NCBI GenBank assembly: GCA_965223545.1
Contig: OZ245006.1
Span: forward strand, 4,896,001 to 4,960,000
DNA length: 64,000 nucleotides
DNA from: Planctomycetota bacterium
GTDB lineage: Bacteria; Planctomycetota; UBA1135; UBA2386
Reading direction: 5' to 3'
The notes under the pieces were generated by a model, which had not been told where the DNA came from, did not search any database, and saw only the letters and a list, made by a program, of their open reading frames with translations. The position numbers were made by a program, and so were the translations under genes. Below, in pieces: positions 56,502 to 64,000 of this stretch. Position 1 is the first letter of the stretch; every line of letters begins with the position of its first letter.

Positions 56502-58691
56502 ATGATCCACTCCCAACCGCGCATCGTCTTCGCAGCTCTGTTCGGTGTGGTGGTTCCGGCCACCAGCCTCGGCGATCCACCGCGCGCCCCCGACGAGGGC
56601 CAATGGTTGCCGCAGCAGGTCTTGGCCATGGATTGGGACGCGCTGCGCGCGCGCGGCATGGAGCTCGACAAGGACGAGTTCTGGCATCCCGAGCGCGGCG
56701 GCGTCCTGTCGGCGGCGGTGCAGATCAACGGCTGCAGCGCCTCGTTCGTCTCGGGCGAGGGATTGGTGGTGACCAACCACCACTGCGGCTTCGGCGCGGT
56801 GCAGCGGCTGAGCACCGTGGAGCGCAATCTCCTGCGCGATGGCTTCGCGGCGGCGACCCGTGCCGACGAGCTGCCCGCCCCGGGCATGACCGTGTCGGTG
56901 GTGCGGCGCATCCGCGACGTGAGCGCGGAGGTGCACGCCGCGCAAGCGGCGGCGACGGACGACCTGTCGCGCTGGCACGCGACGCGCCAGGTGATCGCCG
57001 AGCTCGTCGCGGAGGGGGAGCGCGAGCCCAACACGACGTGTCACGTCGCTTCGTTCCTCGAAGGGCAGAGCTACCACCTCTACTACCGCACGCAGCTCAC
57101 CGACGTGCGACTGGTGTACGCGCCGCCGCGCAGCGTCGGCGAGTTCGGCGGCGAGGTCGACAACTGGGAGTGGCCGCGGCACACCGGTGATTTCTGTTTC
57201 TTCCGCGCCTACGTCGCGCCGGACGGATCGCCGCGCGCGCACAGCCCCGACAACGTCTCGTTCGAGCCCGAGCACCATCTCGCGGTCTCCGCCCGGGGCG
57301 TCGCCGCCGGCGACTTGGTGATGATCCTCGGCTATCCCGGCCAGACCGAACGCTACTTGACCTCGGTCGCGGTCCAGGATCGCCAGACGCTGACGTATCC
57401 GTTGCGCTACCGGGCGTTCTCCGCCGTGCTCGACGTGCTGGCGCGGGCCGGTGCCGAGAGCGAGGAGAAGGCGCTGGCCTACTCGTCGATGGTGAAGAGC
57501 TTGGCCAACGTGCAGAAGAACGCGCTCGGCATGGTGCGCGGGCTGGCGCGCAACGGGGTAGTCGCCGCCAAGCTGGCGCAGGAGGAGGCGTTCCGCCGCT
57601 GGGTCGCGCAGACCGAAGAGCGCCGCGCCCAGTTCGGCACCGCCCTCGACGAGGTCATGGCGATTGACCTGGCCGAGCGCGAGACGCTGCACAAGGACAC
57701 GGTGATCGGCCTGCTCGGCAGCTCGTTCCTCAACCCGCTGTTGGCAGGGTTGGCGAACGCCGCGGGAGCGTTGAGCGCCGCGGCGGCGGCTCCGGCGGCG
57801 GCCGGCGCCGAGGGCGACGCCCCGGTGCCGAGTCTGCGCGGCCTCGCCGCCGGCCGGCTGGAGCGCGATCTCGAACTGGTCCAGCTGCCGGTGCTGGAGG
57901 TCTTGCTCGACGAGGCGCGCGCGCTGCCCGAGGGGCAGCGCATCGCCGGCACCGAAGCGCTGTGCGCGGCGCCGCCGGAGGTGCCGACCGGAGCATTGCT
58001 GCGCGACATGGTCGCGCGTTCGTCGATGCTCGACGCGGCGGCGCGCCTCGAGCTGTTCGGCCGCGGTTGGCAGGCGGTGGAAGCGAGCGAGGATCCGCTG
58101 GTCGCCCTGGCGCGGGGTCTCCACTCCGAGGCGCGCGCGCGCTCGCTGCGCGCGCAGGAGAGGCTCGGCCGGCGTTTGGTTGCCGGGCGGCGCTGGATCG
58201 AGGCGCAGCAGCGATGGCGCGGCGAGGCGTTCTATCCCGATGCCAACAGCACGCTGCGCGTGTCGATCGCCAACGTCAAGGGCTATGCCCCGCGCGATGG
58301 CGTGCGCTACACGCCGAAGACATCCGTCGCCGGCGTGGTCGCCAAGGAGACCGGTGAAGAGCCGTTTGCCAGCCCTTCCGCGCTGCTCGCCGCGGCGCCA
58401 GAACGGAGTGAGAGCCGCTTTCGCGACCCGGAGATCGGCGATGTGCCGGTGTGCTTCCTGTCCGACGGCGACACCACCGGTGGCAACTCGGGTTCGCCGG
58501 TGATCAACGGCAAAGGCGAGCTGGTCGGCCTCAACTTCGATCGCGTCTTCGAGAACGTCGCCGGGGACTACGGCTGGCGCGCGGAGGTGTCGCGGAACAT
58601 CAGCGTCGACATGCGCTACGTGCTCTGGATCATGGAGCAGGTGATGCCGGCGCCGCACCTTCTCGCCGAGATGGGCGTCGCCGGCGGCTGA
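56502..58691 (+). CDS. S46 family dipeptidyl peptidase
   Basis: DEGQWLP, GCSASFVS..GLVVTNHHC, DNWEWPRHTGDF, YPDANSTLR, DTTGGNSGSP, GLNFDR. Confidence 0.95.
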   Translation: MIHSQPRIVFAALFGVVVPATSLGDPPRAPDEGQWLPQQVLAMDWDALRARGMELDKDEFWHPERGGVLSAAVQINGCSASFVSGEGLVVTNHHCGFGAVQRLSTVERNLLRDGFAAATRADELPAPGMTVSVVRRIRDVSAEVHAAQAAATDDLSRWHATRQVIAELVAEGEREPNTTCHVASFLEGQSYHLYYRTQLTDVRLVYAPPRSVGEFGGEVDNWEWPRHTGDFCFFRAYVAPDGSPRAHSPDNVSFEPEHHLAVSARGVAAGDLVMILGYPGQTERYLTSVAVQDRQTLTYPLRYRAFSAVLDVLARAGAESEEKALAYSSMVKSLANVQKNALGMVRGLARNGVVAAKLAQEEAFRRWVAQTEERRAQFGTALDEVMAIDLAERETLHKDTVIGLLGSSFLNPLLAGLANAAGALSAAAAAPAAAGAEGDAPVPSLRGLAAGRLERDLELVQLPVLEVLLDEARALPEGQRIAGTEALCAAPPEVPTGALLRDMVARSSMLDAAARLELFGRGWQAVEASEDPLVALARGLHSEARARSLRAQERLGRRLVAGRRWIEAQQRWRGEAFYPDANSTLRVSIANVKGYAPRDGVRYTPKTSVAGVVAKETGEEPFASPSALLAAAPERSESRFRDPEIGDVPVCFLSDGDTTGGNSGSPVINGKGELVGLNFDRVFENVAGDYGWRAEVSRNISVDMRYVLWIMEQVMPAPHLLAEMGVAGG

Positions 58692-58711
58692 GCGCCGCAG
58701 GGCCTGCGCCG

Positions 58712-60025
58712 CTACTCGCCGTGGTAGCCGCTCTGCAGAATGCCGCGCACGGTCGGCAAGAAGCACTCGTAGTCGGCGGCCATCTGCTCGGACGTCGTCC
58801 GGTAGATGATCTGCCCGTGGCGGTCGAGGACAACCGCTGCCGGGAACATCTCGACGCCGGCGAACGGCCGCCGGTAGTCGTAGTAGAAGGTGCCGACCGG
58901 GAACGGGAAGTCGTCGGCGTCGATGGCGCTCAGGTCCTTTTGTGGATCGATGCTGGCACCGAGGCCGAGCACCCGCACTCCCTCCTGTTGTAGCTCTGCC
59001 GCCGCCGCGCGCAGGACGCCGAACTGTCGTTCGCGGTCGTCGTCGTCGGGCAGGAACAGCCAGAGCAGCGTGAGCTCGTGCTCGTCGGTCGCCGGCGTGC
59101 GCAGCACGGCGTCGCTGAAACGGGCGTTGGCCAAATCGTCGAGTTGGCCGAGCACGGGCAGCGCGCCGTCGAGCACTTCGACCTCGCGGCCGGCGAAGCG
59201 GTTGTCGCGCTCTTCGAGGCCTTGCCGTACGCGCTCGACGGCGGGCCGCAGCGCAGCGGGGTAGGCGGTGGCCATGCCGAGTCGCTGGCGACCCGCGCCC
59301 GGCGCGAGGCCCGTGGTCGTGTCCACCAGCAGCCGCTCGCAAAGGGCGGCGTGCTTGGCGATCCCGGCGTAGATCTCCGTCGCGGTCGCGGTCGGGCTCT
59401 GCCGGATCATGGCCTCGAGTTGGCCGTAGTCTTCCGCGGTGTTCGTCGCCGTCTTGGCCAGCTCCTTGGCGCGCCGGACGGCGGTGCGCAGGCGCTTGCT
59501 GTCGCTGTGCTTCAGCGTGCCCTGCGCGGAACTGATGCCGGACAGTAGGTGCGCAAGGTCGCACACCCGCACGTTGTGCCAGACCACGTCTCCCTCGGGG
59601 TGCAGGAGAATGTGCTGCGGCGTGAGCACGACCGACGAGCCGAACATCATCTTGCGCACTGCCACCTCGGCCTGCGCAAGCTGTTGGGCGGGCTGTTGGA
59701 ACTCGGCGGCGACCTTCGCCCCGTCGCGCAGCTCGAACTTGCACGCCAGCACCGGCACCACGCGCTCACAGGCACGCACGAAGGTCGCGTCGCGATAGAT
59801 GTCGCGCAGCATCTGGCGGTTGCCGGATTCGTCGAACTGGTGGAAGACGACCAGCAACGGCTTGCCCTGTCGGCGCGCCTCCGCCTGCGCGGCGACCAGG
59901 TCGGTCCGCCACGGGACGCGCGCGGCGTCCTGGGCGGTGCTTCGCGCAGCCGAGGCGAGCGTCGCGGCAAGCACCAGGGATGCCAGGGCGCGCGGCAGTG
60001 CGCGACGTGGTGGGTTTCTCGACAT
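58712..60025 (-). CDS. Secreted protein with two thioredoxin-like domains lacking CxxC
   Basis: GGAGG RBS, signal peptide, VPWRTDLVAAQAEARRQGKPLLVVF (Trx_7-like start) and C-terminal GVEMFPAAVVLDRHGQI (TlpA-like). Confidence 0.7.
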   Translation of the reverse strand: MSRNPPRRALPRALASLVLAATLASAARSTAQDAARVPWRTDLVAAQAEARRQGKPLLVVFHQFDESGNRQMLRDIYRDATFVRACERVVPVLACKFELRDGAKVAAEFQQPAQQLAQAEVAVRKMMFGSSVVLTPQHILLHPEGDVVWHNVRVCDLAHLLSGISSAQGTLKHSDSKRLRTAVRRAKELAKTATNTAEDYGQLEAMIRQSPTATATEIYAGIAKHAALCERLLVDTTTGLAPGAGRQRLGMATAYPAALRPAVERVRQGLEERDNRFAGREVEVLDGALPVLGQLDDLANARFSDAVLRTPATDEHELTLLWLFLPDDDDRERQFGVLRAAAAELQQEGVRVLGLGASIDPQKDLSAIDADDFPFPVGTFYYDYRRPFAGVEMFPAAVVLDRHGQIIYRTTSEQMAADYECFLPTVRGILQSGYHGE

Positions 60026-60420
60026 CGGTCCTCCTCTTCGTGAGCGCCGATCACCGTGGGTGGTGGGTGAGACGAAGGCAGGCGACACAACGCGGTGGGC
60101 AGGCCCCAGGATCCGCAATATGGCAAATTGCCACGGGCCAAGCCCGGTGTTCCGTTCTCGTCTCGTCCTCCGACTGAACGTCCGGCCACTGCATTCCGGA
60201 ACCGGAAATATTGTCGGATTCGGTGATCGTGCGATTGGGCGTTACAAGCCGCGCGCCAAACGCTCAGCGAATCGCTGAGAGTCGGTGGATGCGCGGCCGC
60301 GCATGCCCGAATCGCAGTGGCCGTTTCTCCGCACCGCTCTGTCGATTCAATTCACCGGCGCGAAAGTGTCTCGCCGGCGAGACGCGGGTGCGCCCGTGGA
60401 GGACGGGCAAAGTCGCGTCG

Positions 60421-60882
60421 TCAGCCGCGGTGTGCGCCGCAGCGTGTCGCGATTTCCAGCAGCGCGGCCACCTCTTCGTCGGTAAACGAGCGCGGTGACC
60501 GGTTGGCGATGCCGAGCGCGCCGACCACTGCACTGCCGTCGCGCACGGGCACCACGATCGAGCCCTGCAGGCCGGTGGCCTTGGCTCCCGGGCGGACGTC
60601 GCCGCTGGTGTCGGTCTGCAGGTTGCACGCGTCGACCGGCGCATTGCGCTCTACCGCTAATCCCGCCATTCCCTTGCCGACCGGGATCGCGCGGATCACG
60701 GCCAAGACGGCTTCCGGCAGGCCTGCGGAATGCGCCCGCAGGTGCAGCTGACCGTCTTCGCCGAGGAAGTGCAGGGTGCCGCTGTCGGCGCCGAACTGGG
60801 TCAGGATGTCCTGCAGCGCGGCATCGAACCGACCGGCGGCGAGCTGGCGGTCCAGCGCGTCCGTCCACGTGTTGTCCGTCAT
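60421..60882 (-). CDS. Stand-alone GAF domain protein
   Basis: FGADSGTLH, IPVGKGMAGLA, SIVVPV, VVGALGIA, FTDEE. Confidence 0.88.
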   Translation of the reverse strand: MTDNTWTDALDRQLAAGRFDAALQDILTQFGADSGTLHFLGEDGQLHLRAHSAGLPEAVLAVIRAIPVGKGMAGLAVERNAPVDACNLQTDTSGDVRPGAKATGLQGSIVVPVRDGSAVVGALGIANRSPRSFTDEEVAALLEIATRCGAHRG

Positions 60883-61016
60883 CGTCGCCTCTACTGTACC
60901 GCACGGCCCGCGCGCCGGGGCGTCGGCTTTTTCCGCCACCGCGCTGGTCTACGCTCTGGGTGAGCCCTTCGCCCGCCCGTGCCAGACCCTCGTCCGCCCT
61001 CGTTCGCCGGCTGCCG

Positions 61017-62549
61017 ATGACGGCACTCCCGCCTGCCACCACCCCGCCGGCGGCCGACGCTCCGCTTCTGCTGCGGGCGCGCGGTCTCGCCAAGCGATTC
61101 CCCGGCGTCTGGGCGCTGCGCGGCGTCGACCTCGACGTGCGCCGCGGCGAGGTGCTCGCGGTGCTCGGCGAAAACGGCGCCGGCAAGAGCACGCTGATGA
61201 AGATCCTCGCCGGCATCGAGCAGCCCGACGCGGGTGAGGTGTGGATCGATGGCCAGCGCGTCGCCATCGAGGACTCGCGCCGCGCGCTGGAGCTCGGCGT
61301 GGTCTTGATCCACCAAGAGCTCGACTTGGCCGACAACCTCGATGTCGCCGGCAACCTGTTCTTGGGGCGCGAGCCGCACCGCTTCGGCTGGGTCGACCGC
61401 GCCGCGCTGCGCCGCCGCGCACGGGAAGCGCTGGCGCGTATCGGGGCGGATTTCGGCCCCGACGTGCGCGTGTCCAGTCTGGCGATCGGCCAACAGCAGC
61501 TGGTCGAGATCGCCAAGGCACTCAGCGTCGACGCGCGGCTGCTGATCATGGACGAGCCGTCGTCGAGTCTGTCGCAGCGCGAGACCGAGCGCCTGTTCGG
61601 AGTGGTGCGCGATCTCGCCGCGCGCGGCGTCAGTGTGGTCTACATCAGCCACCGTCTGGCCGAGATCGAGCAGCTCGCCGACCGCGTCGCCGTGCTCAAG
61701 GACGGCCGCAACAGCGGGGTCTTGCACCGTGGCGAGATCGAGCGCGCCGCGATGGTGCGTTTGATGGTGGGGCGCGAGCTCGAGGTGCGTGCACCGACCG
61801 CGCGCTCCGCGGCCGACGAGGTGGCGCTGGCCGTCCGGGCCCTGCGCGTTCCGGGTCGGCCGCGGCAGCGCCTCGACTTCTCGGTGCGCGCCGGCGAGAT
61901 CGTCGGTCTCGCCGGCCTGGTTGGAGCCGGGCGCTCCGAGCTGCTGGAGTGCTTGTTCGGAGTCGAGCCAGCGCTCGACGGGGAGATCGAAGTGCGTGGC
62001 AAAGCCCTGCGCGTCGGAGGTCCGGCAGCCGCATTGGCGGCCGGCATCGCGCTGGTTCCCGAAGACCGCAAGGCGCAGGCGTTGTTCTTGGAGATGGCGG
62101 TCGCCGACAACATCGGGGTCGCGTCGTGGGCGCGATCGCGGCGCTTCGGCATGGTCGCCGCGGCGCAGCACCGCCGCACTGCCGCGGCGTTGATCGAGGA
62201 GCTGTCGATCGACACCCCGGCGCCCGAGCATCCCGTCGGCCTGCTGTCCGGCGGCAACCAGCAGAAGGTGGTGCTGGCGCGCTGGCTCGCGCTGCGCCCG
62301 GACGTGCTCTTGCTGGACGAGCCGACGCGCGGCATCGATGTCGGCGCGCGGCACGAGATCTACGCGCTCGTCGAACGGCTCGCCGCCGACGGCGTCGCCG
62401 TGGTGTTCGCCTCGGGCGAGATGGAAGAGGTGCTGCGGTTGGCGCACCGGGTCCTGGTCATGCACGAGGGCGGTCTCGCCGGCGAGCTCTCCGGCGGCGC
62501 AGTGACCGAGGAGGCGATCATGCAGTTGGCGACGGGAGGCCGATCTTGA
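61017..62549 (+). CDS. Sugar ABC transporter ATP-binding protein (RbsA/MglA-like, two NBDs)
   Basis: GENGAGKSTLMK, IHQEL, MDEP, YISHRL, GLVGAGRSE, VPEDRK, LSGGNQQK, DEPTRGIDVGA. Confidence 0.95.
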   Translation: MTALPPATTPPAADAPLLLRARGLAKRFPGVWALRGVDLDVRRGEVLAVLGENGAGKSTLMKILAGIEQPDAGEVWIDGQRVAIEDSRRALELGVVLIHQELDLADNLDVAGNLFLGREPHRFGWVDRAALRRRAREALARIGADFGPDVRVSSLAIGQQQLVEIAKALSVDARLLIMDEPSSSLSQRETERLFGVVRDLAARGVSVVYISHRLAEIEQLADRVAVLKDGRNSGVLHRGEIERAAMVRLMVGRELEVRAPTARSAADEVALAVRALRVPGRPRQRLDFSVRAGEIVGLAGLVGAGRSELLECLFGVEPALDGEIEVRGKALRVGGPAAALAAGIALVPEDRKAQALFLEMAVADNIGVASWARSRRFGMVAAAQHRRTAAALIEELSIDTPAPEHPVGLLSGGNQQKVVLARWLALRPDVLLLDEPTRGIDVGARHEIYALVERLAADGVAVVFASGEMEEVLRLAHRVLVMHEGGLAGELSGGAVTEEAIMQLATGGRS

Positions 62550-63706
62550 ACCGCGTTCTCGGCATCCTGGGGCTGCTGGCGGCGATCGTCTTCGCGATGG
62601 TCTTGGCCGAGCCGCGCTTCTACAGCGAGGCGAACCTCGAGAACTTGATCCGGCGCACGGCGTTGTACGGCATCCTCTCGATTGGCGTCGCGTTCCCGAT
62701 CATCACCGCCGGAATCGACCTGTCGATCGGCTCGGTGGTCGGACTCGTCGGCGCCATGTTGCCCTGGTTGTTGGTGCAGCACGATTGGTCGGTCGGCGCT
62801 GCGCTCGCCGCCGTGCTGTTGGTGGGTGCGGCGATCGGTTGCGGCCACGGCTTCTTGGTGACCAAGCTGCGACTGCAGCCGTTCGTGGTGACGCTCTGCG
62901 GACTCCTGATCTACCGCGGACTGGCGCGTTGGATGACCGATGATCGCACCCAGGGCTTCGGCTCCGCCTTCGAGGGGTTGCGCACACTGGCCACCGGCAA
63001 GCCCTGCAGTCTGGCGCTGGTCGTCGCGGTGCTGGGTGCGCTCGGTGTCGCCGGTGCTCTGCTGCGCTGGCGCCGTGCGCGCCTCGAGGGCGAGGCGGTG
63101 CCCGGCACCGCCCGCGCCGGGGCGTTGATGTCGGGCGCGGTCTCATCGATCGGGGTCGCTGCGATGGTCGGTGACCTCGGCGTGCTGTCGACGCTTCGGG
63201 CACCGGCGCCGTTCTTGTTCCTGATCGTCCTCGGGTTGGCAGCGGGCGGCTTCCTGACCTACACGGTCTGGGGACGCCACATGCTGGCGCTCGGCCGAAA
63301 CGAGCGGGCCGCGCGTTACAGCGGCATCGCGACGGGGCGCCTGGTCGTGCTCGCCTACGTCCTCTGCGCGCTGTGCGCGGCGCTCGGCGGCGTGCTGTTC
63401 GCGCTCGACGTGAACTCGGTCGCGCCGGCGATGCAAGGCAACTTCTTCGAGCTCTACGCCATCGCAGCGGCGGTGCTGGGCGGATGCAGCCTGCGCGGCG
63501 GCGAGGGCTCGATCCTCGGTGTCATCGCAGGCGCGGCGGTGATGCGCACCCTCTACAACGCCATCAACCTGCTGCGTTTGCCCGATCAGCTCGAGTTCAC
63601 CATCGTCGGCGTCGTGCTGCTCGCCGGCGTGGCCACCGACGAAGTCCTCAAGCGCTGGGTCGCGGCCCGTCGCCGCTGGCGCGATCCCGGGGCACCGAGC
63701 GATTGA
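62546..63706 (+). CDS. Sugar ABC transporter permease (RbsC-like)
   Basis: IITAGIDLSIGS, LQPFVVTL, ALGRNERAARYSGI, ELYAIAAAVLGGCSLRGGEG. TTG overlaps the ATPase stop. Confidence 0.93.
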   Translation: MNRVLGILGLLAAIVFAMVLAEPRFYSEANLENLIRRTALYGILSIGVAFPIITAGIDLSIGSVVGLVGAMLPWLLVQHDWSVGAALAAVLLVGAAIGCGHGFLVTKLRLQPFVVTLCGLLIYRGLARWMTDDRTQGFGSAFEGLRTLATGKPCSLALVVAVLGALGVAGALLRWRRARLEGEAVPGTARAGALMSGAVSSIGVAAMVGDLGVLSTLRAPAPFLFLIVLGLAAGGFLTYTVWGRHMLALGRNERAARYSGIATGRLVVLAYVLCALCAALGGVLFALDVNSVAPAMQGNFFELYAIAAAVLGGCSLRGGEGSILGVIAGAAVMRTLYNAINLLRLPDQLEFTIVGVVLLAGVATDEVLKRWVAARRRWRDPGAPSD

Positions 63707-63756
63707 CCGCGGTCGAAACCGAGCCACTTCTCGTCCGGCGGCCCTAAGGTGGTTGC

Positions 63757-64000
63757 ATGTCCGTGATCCGCTGGTCGGCGTGCTGTGTTCTGCTGGTGTG
63801 GTCCAGCGCGGTGGTCCCGCTTGCCGGGCAACGCACGGTGGTGCGCGTCGCCGTCGCTCCGAGCGGCGAGGAAGCGTGGCTGTCGGCCGCCACCGGTCTG
63901 TTGGTGACCGGGTGGTCCGCGGCGCCATCGGGTCAGCTGCAGCTGGGCGATGGGGCCTTTCCGCGGTTCGACGCCGCCGGCAACCTCTACTTCGTCCGCG
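63757..64000 (+). CDS. Secreted hypothetical protein (3'-truncated by window edge)
   Basis: Open frame from ATG 63757 to the window end: MSVIRWSACCVLLVWSSAVVPLAG-QRTVV...; TAAGGT hexamer 6 nt upstream. Confidence 0.6.
   Translation, partial: MSVIRWSACCVLLVWSSAVVPLAGQRTVVRVAVAPSGEEAWLSAATGLLVTGWSAAPSGQLQLGDGAFPRFDAAGNLYFVR

Overview
High-GC bacterial window, most likely from a Planctomycetota genome (inferred from the ECF sigma types, ELWxxDGT/Kelch surface proteins and gene repertoire). About 47 CDS. Housekeeping genes include rarA, gluQ, rsgA, folC, aroB, speB, carB, aat and a transaldolase-family gene. Also present: four ECF sigma factors, a pilT/pilU-like/HEAT-repeat operon, many secreted peptidases (M3, M28, M4/M36-like, M43, S46), MFS and ABC transporters, an apparently intact IS1/IS1595-like element with 19-bp perfect inverted repeats, and a decayed ISL3. 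An accessory block (about 30.4-45.2 kb) holds large secreted proteins and a pirin-YcaC-MarR cassette. The strongest unexplained signal is a shared ~120-140 aa domain, [IVL]PxxPxLxG-x5-Q...[STA]N[AG], on six otherwise unrelated secreted proteins: C-terminal in four and internal in two Kelch paralogs. Most predicted signal peptides are also followed by Gln. Together these suggest an undescribed protein sorting or surface-display system (inference). Other notable items are a degenerate SNase plus glycoside hydrolase fusion, a coiled-coil plus RelE-like fusion, and two strongly structured intergenic regions. No rRNA, tRNA or CRISPR array was seen. All calls were made by eye without database searches, and start codons are best estimates.
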